Source of the DNA: Solirubrobacteraceae bacterium
GTDB taxonomy: Bacteria; Actinomycetota; Thermoleophilia; Solirubrobacterales; Solirubrobacteraceae
Assembly: GCA_036511695.1 (NCBI GenBank)
Contig: DATCBT010000008.1
Span: 33,137-97,136 of the forward strand
Direction: 5' to 3'
DNA: 64,000 nt
The notes under the pieces are model-generated. The model searched no databases. It was not told where the DNA came from and saw nothing but the letters and a program-made list of their open reading frames with translations. The stretch's first letter is position 1, and each line of letters opens with the position of its first letter. Positions 45,993 through 56,131 of this stretch are shown piece by piece. The translations under genes were made by a program, and so were the position numbers.

Positions 45993-48392
45993 CTATTTCT
46001 TTCCCTTCGCCTTGGGTTTGGGACCCAATCTCTTCCGAGAGGCCTTTTCGCACGCCACCCGCCTGGCCTTGGCCCTATCCCTCCTGCACTGCTTCAACGC
46101 CTTCGCCAGCCTCTGCGCGTTCGTCAGCGGCTTTGACTTCGGTTTCGTTTCGGGTTCGAGGACTTCCTTGAATGGCGGGGCCGTTTGGTTGCCTCCGCCG
46201 GTGAAGGACTGACTACCCGGAGTCCCGAATGTTGGTGATGACGATTGGGTGCCTTGACAGGCTTCTCCAGAGCAGGAAGGTTCGGGCGTGGGCGCCGCGA
46301 AGCCTCCGTCGATCCTCGCGTCGTAGATGTCCCCCAGGCTGTCCGTGTCTTGAGCCACGAGTCGGGTGCGAGTCTGGAAGAAGATATCTGAGCCGGTGGC
46401 GGACATCCCTGCGTACACGCTGCCAGCAGGGTCCTGCCCATCAGAGATCATGCTTACTTCCCCAGACTGCCCGTTCCCGCAATCCGCTTGTGAGCATTCA
46501 TGCCATGCGTAGACCTCGCACCCCGCGCCGTCAACATCAATAATGCCCGCCGTACACGATTTGTTCGCTCCACCCGCGATGTCTGTGCTCTGAAGCTGAG
46601 CGGCGGTCACGAACGCGATCGTGTCGCCGTTTTCGCTGATCGACCTGTTTGAGTCATTGACCGAAGGCGAAGCGCCTTCCGTTTCCTGGGAATCCGACCC
46701 AAGGACAGGCCCAATTACCGCGTTGAAGCCGGGCACATTCCCATTGTCTGCAAATCCGTTGTGCCCTACCGACACACGAACGAGTGCGCCGGTCGCGAAG
46801 TCATAGCGATAAACCTGCCGTGCACCGCTTGTATCGGCTTCGGACCCCGCGGTAATCAGCTTTGCGAATGAGTCGAACACCAGGTATCGCCCGTCTGCGG
46901 TGGATTGCGCAAGCCGTAGGTCAGCTTGGCCGCTCGTTCCGGACACCGACAGGGAGAACCCCCACAGTTCCCGATCAGCTTCGGATAGCGACGCGATGTA
47001 TCGCGTTTCGCCAGTTTCAGCGTCGTACCCGTAGAGGTTATTCGCCCCGAGACTTGCTTGCTGGCCCAAGGCGTTTGGAATAGATGTCAGGACGCCATCA
47101 GCCACGAAGTAGATGTGGGAGCCGTCTTCCGACACGGCCACGACGCCCCTCACTTCCGCACCCGCACCCGGCGTTAGATCGCCCAACCCGCCGCCCGACA
47201 CCTGCACTAACCGGTGTTCCGCCGCGGCGGTGAAGTCGTATTCGTAGAGGTCGTTGCCTTCATCGGTGTCGCCGTTCACGAGCGGCTGCGTGGTCGTGAA
47301 AAAGACGCGCGCGCCAGAGGCCGAGGCACCCTGATAGATAGCCCGCGCTGGTGGGGCTCCGGCGCACGCGCCCGTGCATTGCGAGGGAGGGGGTTGGGAA
47401 ATCGCGATTGTTTCGGAACCGTTTACGCGCGCGTAAAGCGTAGGGACGCCGCCGCTCGGAATCGCCGTGAAGAAAACCTTCGAGCCATCGCTCGACACGG
47501 CTTGGTAATTGCTGCCAGAGGGTTCGGAAGGCAGCGCTCCAATTGCGTTTTCGTTTTCTGGGCCGATCATGTTGCCTCCGCTGTCGACATTTACGAGTTG
47601 CAGGCCCGGTGAGTCGGTTCCTGTGCCTGTCTCCTCGTAGATGCCGCCGCAATGACCTTCGACGCTGCCGCACCCTTCCACCGGCGACGTGTCTTGTGAA
47701 AGAAACGGGTGGCCGCGTTCGCTATAGAACACGACGTCGCCGACGGACCGTGATGCCCCCACCTCTTGGCCGTGGGCGAAATTGGCGCCGGTAAGGTCGG
47801 TGTATTCTGGAGTGCCGGTCCAAGAGCCTTCTGGATTGCGTAGTGCGCAGCGGATCGTCGGACCTTCTTCCGTGCCTGTTAGGTGCGCCGTGCCGCAGAC
47901 TGACTCGCTTGAGAGGTCGGGAGAGAACACGCCAGACGCCGTGAAGCCGATGAATGGTTCTTCAATGAGACTCGGCGGTGGATACGCCGAACTCGTTGCC
48001 CAGCCCGAGGTTAGTCGCCTCGCAACGTACGGATTGGATGGATCAGCAGAGTGCACTTGATAATTCTGCGCGCCGGCGTAGTCGCCTTGACTCGCCCACT
48101 CGATCGCGTCGCCTTCGGGCGATACGGATATGCGCGGTGGTTGAATGATCGTGAGCGCGTCATGCTGCTGCTTATCCAGCGGACTGACCATCTCATAGGC
48201 GCGGCATTCAGGCAGTCCTATGTCGTACGGCTGGCTCGTCGTTGGGTTGATGTTTGATCCTTGACGGAGCGGTTCGTTGGGACAGCCTCCGGCGGATGCT
48301 AGTGCTGACGGTGCCGACGGGAGGAGCATTGCCAGCAGCGTGAGTCCAGCGAGTACGAGTCGGGGGAGGATATGGGTTCTCTGGTTGCGCAT
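45993..48392 (-). CDS. Large secreted TolB/WD40-like beta-propeller protein
   Basis: Signal peptide; repeats VSPEGD, VSSDGSKVFF, ASASGARVFF, VSEDGSHIYF, STADGRYLVF, ISENGDTIAF, MSATGSDIFF; basic two-Cys tail. Confidence 0.85.
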   Translation of the reverse strand: MRNQRTHILPRLVLAGLTLLAMLLPSAPSALASAGGCPNEPLRQGSNINPTTSQPYDIGLPECRAYEMVSPLDKQQHDALTIIQPPRISVSPEGDAIEWASQGDYAGAQNYQVHSADPSNPYVARRLTSGWATSSAYPPPSLIEEPFIGFTASGVFSPDLSSESVCGTAHLTGTEEGPTIRCALRNPEGSWTGTPEYTDLTGANFAHGQEVGASRSVGDVVFYSERGHPFLSQDTSPVEGCGSVEGHCGGIYEETGTGTDSPGLQLVNVDSGGNMIGPENENAIGALPSEPSGSNYQAVSSDGSKVFFTAIPSGGVPTLYARVNGSETIAISQPPPSQCTGACAGAPPARAIYQGASASGARVFFTTTQPLVNGDTDEGNDLYEYDFTAAAEHRLVQVSGGGLGDLTPGAGAEVRGVVAVSEDGSHIYFVADGVLTSIPNALGQQASLGANNLYGYDAETGETRYIASLSEADRELWGFSLSVSGTSGQADLRLAQSTADGRYLVFDSFAKLITAGSEADTSGARQVYRYDFATGALVRVSVGHNGFADNGNVPGFNAVIGPVLGSDSQETEGASPSVNDSNRSISENGDTIAFVTAAQLQSTDIAGGANKSCTAGIIDVDGAGCEVYAWHECSQADCGNGQSGEVSMISDGQDPAGSVYAGMSATGSDIFFQTRTRLVAQDTDSLGDIYDARIDGGFAAPTPEPSCSGEACQGTQSSSPTFGTPGSQSFTGGGNQTAPPFKEVLEPETKPKSKPLTNAQRLAKALKQCRRDRAKARRVACEKASRKRLGPKPKAKGKK

Positions 48393-51300
48393 TATTTGCC
48401 CCTCCGGTTCGACTTCTTAGTCTTCTTGATCGGCCCGTACCGCCTACGCGCCTGCACTTCGCACGCGAGACGTTTCGCCTTCCTGCCCTTCGCCTTGTAC
48501 TTCGTCCGGCACGCGTGCAGAGCCCGCTTGAGCTTCTGTGTGCGCGTCAACGGCTTGATCTTCACAGCGGCGCACCCTGTGACCGTGATCTTGGTCTTCT
48601 GGATGATCTGCTTGCCGTTCTGAGCGGTGATCGTCGTCGGCATAACGAGACTCTTACCGCACAGGTTGCCGCCGGGCGCCGCGAGAATCGAGTGCGGACC
48701 CTCCGGCAGCGTCGTCACGAAGCTGGAGATCGGTGCGTCGGGGACCGATTCGAACTTGGAGTAGGTGATCCCGCCCTTGATGTCCGTCTTACCGTCGAGG
48801 ACGATCTCGACACCGTTTTCGCCCTGCAACAGGAACTCGAGATCCGGGAACGCAGCACCACCGTGGGACACCAGGATCGCCGGGCCTGAGAGCGGCGCGT
48901 TCAATATAGGCGTCACGGCAGTCGCCGTCCCCACGAACGAGTCCGCGGGACAATCGGCTGGGTTGGCGTTGAACTGCGCTTCGGTGCACGCGTTCTGAAG
49001 CGTCGGGATCAACCGCGCCGGCAACGCCTTCGGCAACTGCACATCGACTTTGCCGATGTTCGCCTCACCCGCAGCCGGCCTGACCGTGATCGTCAAGCTC
49101 GCCCCACCAGCTTTACTCGTCTTGCCCTGCGTCGAAGCGGAGAAGCCCGGACCAAACGGAAGGTTCTGACAGCCACCGACCTCAAACGGGCTCGACACGC
49201 TCACGCTCGCGCCCTGCGCGCCAGTGATGCTCGCACCCACACCCTGCCCCGCGCAGCTCGTCGGGTTCAACATGAACCCGGGACGATTGACTTCGACGTG
49301 AATCGAGCGCAACCGCAACTGCACACCATCCACATACTGCGGCAACGAGTCGGAAACGATCGTCAACGCCGCCGTGGACGGGTTCACCGCGATCGCCGCC
49401 CGCACGACCACCGTGCCGAGGTTGAACGGTCCCGCCACCGCACGCGTAACGATCGACAGGCCGAACGGCTGACCCTTATACGGGCCTGTCAAATAGACCC
49501 TGCCACCGAGATAGAACGGGTGCGGACCGGGACCCGCACCCACGGTCGTCGTCCCGATCTGACTTCCAGGACCGCACGTCCCCGCGTTCGCCTGCGCTTC
49601 GGGACACTGAGAAATACCCGCGATCTTGCCCAACAGGCCAGGCGGGGTACTCACCGTGATATCGGAGAGATCCTGTTCGCGATCTTCACGACCAATCGTC
49701 ACCGCGAACGGGCTCGACGCGCCCGCCGTCGGTGTCTGGCTACCAGCGCTGAAAGACGGACTGAACGGCATGGTCGCCGGACACGCGCCACCCGCACCAT
49801 TCCAATCGACGTTGAACGAGGATGACGGGGTGGCGTCGGGGGTGCCCGCGATCGGTTCAGTACCCGACAGGCCACCCAGGCCGGACGTGCTCCACGGCGT
49901 CAGGTCGGACGTGGTCGTGAACGTACCGCATGTCTGCGGGTTAGCCAACGAAGCCCTCGCGCCACCGTTGAACGTCAACAGCAGTTCGCCGAACGGAAGC
50001 TGCGGCTGTTCGCTAAACGTCGCCTGCAATCGTCCTGTCGTCGGGTTCGCCGTCACGTGACCGGCGAGCTTGACGATCACACCACGTTCGACCGAGCGGA
50101 CCTGCAAGAAGAGCCGAAAGATGTGACCGTCTTCAGCATCACCGTTGTTGCACGGCGAGCATTCCGGTTCACCGAGAAACACCTTACCTTCGAGAGGCTT
50201 TTCCAAAAGCGGCGTGACGACCTTTACCGTCCCGATCTGCGACGCCAACGGACACTCAGCCGGTTCCGTGGGTTCCACGGTCGAACCCAACCCGAACTGC
50301 GCGTTGCTGCACGCCTGCAGTCCATCCGCGGCCGACGGGTCCACCGTCATGCCTTCCGGCAACGTCACCGTCGCGTTCTTCAGCTCCGGTGTCGCGTTCA
50401 CGCCCGCTTCGTTGGTCTGCGGGACCTTTAGGGCGAACGTCGCACCAGTAGGCTCGTCGGCCTGCGAGGTTCCACCTTCTGAGCCCGAGCTCGGTTTGAA
50501 TTCAACTTTCGCCTGAAACTGAAGATCACTACAGCCCGTCACGAACGATTCAGTCGCACTCGGAGCGCCCTCAGCCAAGCTCGTTCCGTTATAGACCGAC
50601 TTTGAGACGTAGTCAGCCGGCTCCTGGTAGGTATTGGCGCGCAGCGTCGTGGACGGCGCAGACCCAGCGCATTCCGTCGGCATCGTAAGGAATGGCCTTA
50701 CGCCCGCGCTCGGCGCTGCGCACTCAATAGTCGCCGGCACCTTTTCGTAGACGCCTTCGTTTGCATGTCCGGTTACGCCATAGCTGCACAGGGTCAGGCT
50801 GACAGCCTGCACGCTCCGTGTCTGATCCCGTCCACTCTCGGTATCACCAATCGTTATGCCGTAATCGCCATTACTACGCAGCTTCGCATTTAGTACGAAA
50901 GCTGCCTTGTCGACGAAGCCGAACGCCGCCGGGTTTCCTGGGCTGGGTTCAAGGTTAAACACCGAGTACGTGTCGGTTGCCGCATTTGCAAATGGCCGGG
51001 AGCGTCCGCCCGTGATCGGGCTTTGAAGTACGACCGTGGCGAAGCCCACGACCGAACCCGCTGGGCACTCGGTAGGAACCAAGGGCTGTTGCAGCTGCGA
51101 CGTGGTGCAATATTGCGCGTTCAGTGGATTTCCTACGAATCCGGGGGGCAGTTCCGTCTCGACATCCTTCGGCGTTCCCCCCGCGGTCTGTAGTTCGCCG
51201 TCGTTCACGACCGAGTTGTTGAATGCGAACGTGGCATTGGCTGCAAACGGATGCCCGCCGGCTTGAGTAAACGGCGCCCCAAGCGATTCAGTGATGCTGG

Positions 51301-52594
51301 TTTCAAACCGTGCGATACCAAAGGGCACCCGTGCTGTGACCGTCGTGGGATCGCTTGCCACCGCTGAGGATGCGCCTCCCCCACTAACAACAGCAGTGCT
51401 GGTCACGCCGCCGGCTGGCGGGCTGCCGAGGGGTGTTTCCGAACCTGCTCGAACGTGCAATGTGATTGGAGGGTAGTTTTCTCCCGGCGCTAGTTCGGTG
51501 GAAGTCCTACAGGTGACGCCGGTGGCGCCGTTGGTGATTGTGCAGGTTCCTTCTCCAGGCGCGCCGCCCCAACCGGCCCCACCAGCGGCGGGGACACCTT
51601 CGGCCGCCAAGACTACTCCGTTAGGGAGGCGAGCGGCAATGGTCACGGGACCGCTAGTCGCGGCACCGCTTGGGAGCGCCGGGCTCCCGTCTTCCGGGTG
51701 TGCCGGGTATTCGCTTTCTTCAATCGGCGCAGGTGCCACCACAAGCGGATACCTGTTCACCGCGACGACGGTTCCGCCGCCGTTCGTGGCGGTGACCTGA
51801 CACTGTACAGCGGTCCCTTCGTCGGCCGCCACAGGGGTGTAAACCGGGCCCGTCGCACCTGGGATATCTGCTCCGTTGCGGAGCCACTGGTAGGACAATA
51901 CTGGGCTTCCCGCCCATTCACCTGGCGTGCATGTCTGCGGGGTGCCGGTGGCTACAGTCCCCGATTCTTCGGAGACCTTTACTTCCGTTTCCGGTTTGAG
52001 GGCGGGAGACGATACCGACAGTTCGGGCGGCACCATCACGGCGGTGGTCGTAGCGCTAGTCGTATACGACGCATTCAGGCCCTCAACCTGGCACTGGAGC
52101 GCATTGCCGGGGTCTTGGGAGGTAATGGTGTATTCGGATTCTTCAGCGCCCGTGATTTGCGCACCGTCGCGGAGCCAATGGTACTCGAACGTAGATTCGT
52201 CCCGAATCCAGAGGCCTGCGTCACAAGACAGTTTGTCCCCCGCAACCAGCGTCGGGCTACCCGTATTCTTCACGGTGATCTTGTACGTGTTAAAGCCGCT
52301 TTCCTGAGAAAACGTCTTGCCGCTTCCGGTGAATGGGTCCACGCCGCAGTCTTCTTCTGGGCTACCGGGCACGTATTTCGCTACCCCACCGGGACATTCG
52401 CCGACCTGTAGCCCGTAGGCGTTGGCGTGGGTCATTTCGATGCCCCATTCAGGCGCGGCGAGGGCGGGGGTGCTGAACACACAAGCGCCAACGAGCGCGA
52501 CGGAGACCGCCATCCAGGCCCTACGCCTCCGAGCATAACCCGAGCTCTCCGACCGGAACAGACGCATGCGGGCGTTGGAGTCTTCTCTTCTCAT
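48392..52594 (-). CDS. Giant secreted Cys-rich repeat protein (1400 aa)
   Basis: GGAGG RBS, signal peptide, two Ig-like C..G.W...Y.WLR.G..I.GA repeats, four LPxG...C...CPxxSxxG repeats, basic two-Cys tail. Confidence 0.88.
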   Translation of the reverse strand: MRREDSNARMRLFRSESSGYARRRRAWMAVSVALVGACVFSTPALAAPEWGIEMTHANAYGLQVGECPGGVAKYVPGSPEEDCGVDPFTGSGKTFSQESGFNTYKITVKNTGSPTLVAGDKLSCDAGLWIRDESTFEYHWLRDGAQITGAEESEYTITSQDPGNALQCQVEGLNASYTTSATTTAVMVPPELSVSSPALKPETEVKVSEESGTVATGTPQTCTPGEWAGSPVLSYQWLRNGADIPGATGPVYTPVAADEGTAVQCQVTATNGGGTVVAVNRYPLVVAPAPIEESEYPAHPEDGSPALPSGAATSGPVTIAARLPNGVVLAAEGVPAAGGAGWGGAPGEGTCTITNGATGVTCRTSTELAPGENYPPITLHVRAGSETPLGSPPAGGVTSTAVVSGGGASSAVASDPTTVTARVPFGIARFETSITESLGAPFTQAGGHPFAANATFAFNNSVVNDGELQTAGGTPKDVETELPPGFVGNPLNAQYCTTSQLQQPLVPTECPAGSVVGFATVVLQSPITGGRSRPFANAATDTYSVFNLEPSPGNPAAFGFVDKAAFVLNAKLRSNGDYGITIGDTESGRDQTRSVQAVSLTLCSYGVTGHANEGVYEKVPATIECAAPSAGVRPFLTMPTECAGSAPSTTLRANTYQEPADYVSKSVYNGTSLAEGAPSATESFVTGCSDLQFQAKVEFKPSSGSEGGTSQADEPTGATFALKVPQTNEAGVNATPELKNATVTLPEGMTVDPSAADGLQACSNAQFGLGSTVEPTEPAECPLASQIGTVKVVTPLLEKPLEGKVFLGEPECSPCNNGDAEDGHIFRLFLQVRSVERGVIVKLAGHVTANPTTGRLQATFSEQPQLPFGELLLTFNGGARASLANPQTCGTFTTTSDLTPWSTSGLGGLSGTEPIAGTPDATPSSSFNVDWNGAGGACPATMPFSPSFSAGSQTPTAGASSPFAVTIGREDREQDLSDITVSTPPGLLGKIAGISQCPEAQANAGTCGPGSQIGTTTVGAGPGPHPFYLGGRVYLTGPYKGQPFGLSIVTRAVAGPFNLGTVVVRAAIAVNPSTAALTIVSDSLPQYVDGVQLRLRSIHVEVNRPGFMLNPTSCAGQGVGASITGAQGASVSVSSPFEVGGCQNLPFGPGFSASTQGKTSKAGGASLTITVRPAAGEANIGKVDVQLPKALPARLIPTLQNACTEAQFNANPADCPADSFVGTATAVTPILNAPLSGPAILVSHGGAAFPDLEFLLQGENGVEIVLDGKTDIKGGITYSKFESVPDAPISSFVTTLPEGPHSILAAPGGNLCGKSLVMPTTITAQNGKQIIQKTKITVTGCAAVKIKPLTRTQKLKRALHACRTKYKAKGRKAKRLACEVQARRRYGPIKKTKKSNRRGK

Positions 52595-52956
52595 CAGGGC
52601 GTCTCCTCCGGGAAAGAGGGGAGCGCCCCTCGAGTATTGAATGACGACACGCGCGAGGGCGCAGAGCAGCAAGGACCATCGATCGCCGCCGTATGGACAG
52701 CGGTTGGGGAGCGCCGTGGCCCTGGGTCAAGGCCACGGCGCTCAGCGCTACTGGAACCGTCGCGTGTGGGAGCACACGACGGAGCCTCTTCGAGCACCAC
52801 CCGAGAGGGACCGGTGGCACTCGAACAAGCCCCCCGGCCAGCCAGCCAAGAACGACAAACACCACGCCCAAAGACGCGGTGGGTACTACCTAGAGAGTGA
52901 TCAAAGGCGCCCCGACGGGCGCCAAAATCAGGCTTTTTGCCTGCTAGACCCGGAGT

Positions 52957-52981
52957 AGAGAGAGAGAGAGAGAGAGAGAGA
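52957..52981. repeat. (AG)12 dinucleotide microsatellite
   Basis: Perfect agagag... tract in the upstream region of the giant-protein operon. Confidence 0.95.
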
Positions 52982-53255
52982 TGTGTCAGCAGCGCTGACG
53001 CATCTACATACGGGCGGCCCCTGGGCCGCAACCGTCCCCATCACATCTGTCCCCTGTGGACTCACGCGAAAACAACCCCTCTTCATGCGATCCGGCCCTC
53101 TCCCCAACATCCCCTACAAAGCGCTTGAAATCGATCCAGAAGACCAACCCAAACCTGATCTATCGTGCCCGGCAACCCACCCGGGATGCCATCGCGTATT
53201 TAACGTACCCCCACCGTGAGCAAATGTCAAGCCCCAACCACAAAGGACACGCGAG

Positions 53256-53275
53256 ACACCTGCACAACCAGGTGT
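53256..53275. promoter_or_regulatory. Palindromic putative operator
   Basis: ACACCTG-cacaac-CAGGTGT. Confidence 0.4.
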
Positions 53276-53348
53276 ATCCGCCTCCCCAGAGCCAAAAGCG
53301 AGGCGTTCTTTCATAGAACGAACGAGCCTGGCATCGGCCTGAATGGCC

Positions 53349-53741
53349 TCACAGTGCGAGCACGGAGAGGCCGGGCACGCGTTCGAACTCACGCGCGTTG
53401 GTCGTCGCGACCTGGAGGTCGTGAGTCAACGCGGTGGCGGCGATCCAGAGGTCGTGCATACCGATCATTTCACCGGCCGCTTCGAGTTCCGCCCAGACCT
53501 TCGCGTGGCCCTGCGCCGCCTCGTTGGTGATCGGGAGCGCCTCCAGTTCGGCCAGCACGTTCTCCACGAACACTTGACGCTGCATCCGACGGGGACCATC
53601 ATCGGCGCGGTAGACGCCGTGCAGTAGCTCGCTGGCCGTGATCACGCTGATCGAGTGCTCCTCGTCCGCAGGGACTCGCTCGAGCGCCGTTCCTCCCCGC
53701 TCCGCGTCGACCAGAACGGACGTGTCGATCAGGAAGGCCAT
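53349..53741 (-). CDS. vapC: VapC (PIN domain) toxin
   Basis: FLIDTSVLV, ISVITASELLHG, HDLWIAATAL, TTNAREFERVPGL. Confidence 0.93.
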   Translation of the reverse strand: MAFLIDTSVLVDAERGGTALERVPADEEHSISVITASELLHGVYRADDGPRRMQRQVFVENVLAELEALPITNEAAQGHAKVWAELEAAGEMIGMHDLWIAATALTHDLQVATTNAREFERVPGLSVLAL

Positions 53742-53989
53742 GCGGGCTTGGGATAACCAAGCTTTCTGCGTGCCTCTTCCACATCACGGGCAAAGTCCTC
53801 GTCGACTGTGGGCAGGTTCGCTACGAACCTCCGCCACGCATCGCCCTTGAGCCTCCGTGGTTTGGAGGGTGGGTGCAGCTCGACGACGGGTGTGCCGTTG
53901 CGCATGACCTCGATCTCCTCGCCGGCATTGACGCGGTTGACGACGGCCGAGAAGTTACGAGCCACCTCGGTTGCGCTCATGCGGATCAT
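53729..53989 (-). CDS. vapB: Phd/YefM-family antitoxin
   Basis: SATEVARNFSAVVNRV..GEEIEV.RNG.PV.EL; overlaps vapC. Confidence 0.9.
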   Translation of the reverse strand: MIRMSATEVARNFSAVVNRVNAGEEIEVMRNGTPVVELHPPSKPRRLKGDAWRRFVANLPTVDEDFARDVEEARRKLGYPKPAWPS

Positions 53990-54000
53990 GCAAAATACCC

Positions 54001-54020
54001 TATCAGATAAATCAGATAAA
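54001..54020. promoter_or_regulatory. Putative vapBC autoregulatory operator
   Basis: ATCAGATAA repeated twice in tandem (TATCAGATA is itself palindromic), about 12 nt upstream of the antitoxin start. Confidence 0.55.
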
Positions 54021-54028
54021 GCTCTTGC

Positions 54029-55336
54029 TCAGGCGTTCGCCTCGCCCAGCAGCGCGCGTCTGATCAGATGCATCGCCACCGTCGTCGTGCGCTCGCGGAT
54101 GTCGGCTCTCGCGCCTGGGAGGTTGACCGAGCGTGTCAGAGGCTCGCCACCGGCCGTCGCGACGCTCAGCCATACGAGCCCCACGGGCTTCTCCTCCGTG
54201 CCGCCGCCCGGGCCCGCCAGACCGGTCACCCCCACCCCCACGTCGGCGCTCAGCTTCGTGCGTGCGCCTTCGGCCAGCGCCCTTGCAACCTCCGCCGAGA
54301 CAGCACCATGGCGCTCTATCAGCTCAGGAGGCACACCCGCCTGTGCGACCTTGGCGTCGTTGGCGTACACGACGATCCCGCCCTTCACATAGTCCGAGGC
54401 GCCCGGCGGATCGGTCAGCCTGGCCGCGAGCAGGCCGCCGGTGCATGACTCGGCGGTCGCGATTGTTTGCGTCGAGGCTCCGTCCTTGCCGCGCAGCAGC
54501 GCCGCGACCTGGTCGTCGACCGTGCTGCCGTCGTCGGAGAACAGCGTGTCGGCGTGCCTGTTGCGCACAACCGCCTCGAACGCGTCGTACACCCCCTGCT
54601 CGCCCGGCTCGTACCGCGTGACGACCTCGACCTCGCCCCGTTTCAAGCACGTCGTGATCTCCAGCCGGCTCAGCTCGACACCCTCGCGTTCGGCCGCGCG
54701 CAGCGTCTCCGCGATCTCCGACTCCGCGATCCCGAACAGCCGCAGCATTCGCTGCCGGTATTCGGTCGCGCCCGCGATCGCCGCGCGCAGCGCCTCGGTC
54801 TTCACCGCCGCGCTCCACATCGGCTGCAGCTCGCGCGGGGGGCCCGGCAGGACCACCACCGTCGGTCCGCTGCTCGTCTCCAGTGGCGGCACCACCAGCC
54901 CGGGGGCGGTGCCGATCGGCTCGAGCACCGTCGCGCCCTGCGGGATCACCGCCTGCTTGCGGTTACCCTGCTTGATCGCGTCCATGTCGAGGTTTGGCCA
55001 GCGTTTCGCCAACGGCCTCAGAATCTCCGCGATCCGCTGCTCGAGCGCCTCGTCGAGCACCATCTCGCGACCCTGAACCTTTCCCACCGCCGCGGCTGTC
55101 AGATCGTCCGCGGTCGGCCCCAGGCCACCGCTCGTCAGGATCACGTCGAGGCCCTCGGCGGCCATGAACCACAGCGCGTCCTCCATGTCCTCCGGGCGGT
55201 CGCCCACGATCGTCGTGTACGCCAGGTCAACTCCCAGCTCCCACAGCCGCTCTGCCAGCCACGGCCCGTTGCGGTCTCTTACCCGGCCCGTCAGCACCTC
55301 CGTGCCCGTGACCACGATCCCCGCGCGCGGGGTCAT
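54029..55336 (-). CDS. cinA: Competence/damage-inducible protein A (NMN deamidase)
   Basis: GTEVLTG...[36 protein letters not shown]. Confidence 0.95.
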   Translation of the reverse strand: MTPRAGIVVTGTEVLTGRVRDRNGPWLAERLWELGVDLAYTTIVGDRPEDMEDALWFMAAEGLDVILTSGGLGPTADDLTAAAVGKVQGREMVLDEALEQRIAEILRPLAKRWPNLDMDAIKQGNRKQAVIPQGATVLEPIGTAPGLVVPPLETSSGPTVVVLPGPPRELQPMWSAAVKTEALRAAIAGATEYRQRMLRLFGIAESEIAETLRAAEREGVELSRLEITTCLKRGEVEVVTRYEPGEQGVYDAFEAVVRNRHADTLFSDDGSTVDDQVAALLRGKDGASTQTIATAESCTGGLLAARLTDPPGASDYVKGGIVVYANDAKVAQAGVPPELIERHGAVSAEVARALAEGARTKLSADVGVGVTGLAGPGGGTEEKPVGLVWLSVATAGGEPLTRSVNLPGARADIRERTTTVAMHLIRRALLGEANA

Positions 55337-56118
55337 GTACAGGTGGGCAGCTGTCCGGCCACGAGCCGGTGGCGGCCGGCCTTCGTGATCGAGTAGCCGA
55401 TTGCCGCGCTCGAAGGCGGGACGGTCCGGGGGATCCCGTCGACGAACATCGTCACCGAGCTGTTGCCCAACGTGATCGTGAAGTGTTTCGCGTGGTAGGT
55501 CGAAGTGCTAGCGCCCGGCTGCAGTTCCAGCCCGGGGATCACCTTGCGCCCGTTGTCGTCGTCGATCAAGCAGACATACACCGCCGCGCTCGGGCGCAGC
55601 GACAGGGCTACGCGCGTGGACTGTACGGTCGTCGGATGCGACGGGGGTCCGGTCGTCTGCGTGTGCGCGCCGGCGTGCTTGACGTGGCTCTGCGCCGCCG
55701 TGCTGTTCGTGTTCTTTGACGGGCTGCCCCCGCCATTGCTGAGCAGGCCGACGACCAGCAGCACGATCACGATCACCACGACCGCGACGATCGCCAGGTA
55801 TCCGCGCGACGGTCGCGCGCCGGGCATGCGCGCTCGCGGGCGCTGCGGGGTCGAGATGATCGGCTCCAGCGCCGCCTCGCTCGGGCGCTCGTAGTTGAGG
55901 CGGTATTCCTCCACCAGCGCCTTCCCGTCCAACCCCAGCGCCTGCGCATACGTGCGCAGAAAGCTGCGCACAAATGTGGGCCCTGGAAGCAGGTCCCACT
56001 CTTCGTTCTCGAGCGCGCGCAGATACTTCGCGCGGATCTTCGTCTCGGCCTCGATCTCCGACACGTCGATGCGAGCGCTCATCCGCGCGGCGCGCAGCGT
56101 TGACCCGATCTCTGGCAT
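55333..56118 (-). CDS. RodZ-like HTH membrane protein
   Basis: IGSTLRAAR...[30 protein letters not shown] helix, C-terminal DUF4115-like region. Confidence 0.88.
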   Translation of the reverse strand: MPEIGSTLRAARMSARIDVSEIEAETKIRAKYLRALENEEWDLLPGPTFVRSFLRTYAQALGLDGKALVEEYRLNYERPSEAALEPIISTPQRPRARMPGARPSRGYLAIVAVVVIVIVLLVVGLLSNGGGSPSKNTNSTAAQSHVKHAGAHTQTTGPPSHPTTVQSTRVALSLRPSAAVYVCLIDDDNGRKVIPGLELQPGASTSTYHAKHFTITLGNSSVTMFVDGIPRTVPPSSAAIGYSITKAGRHRLVAGQLPTCT

Positions 56119-56131
56119 CTCCGTCAAGAGG

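Noticed and set aside
52595..53348. Short ORFs or an RNA gene in the long intergenic region
   Set aside because: No coding signature or recognisable RNA family; treated as a regulatory region.
43524..54020. Prophage or ICE interpretation of the accessory block
   Set aside because: No integrase, phage structural, conjugation or replication genes, and no flanking direct repeats seen.
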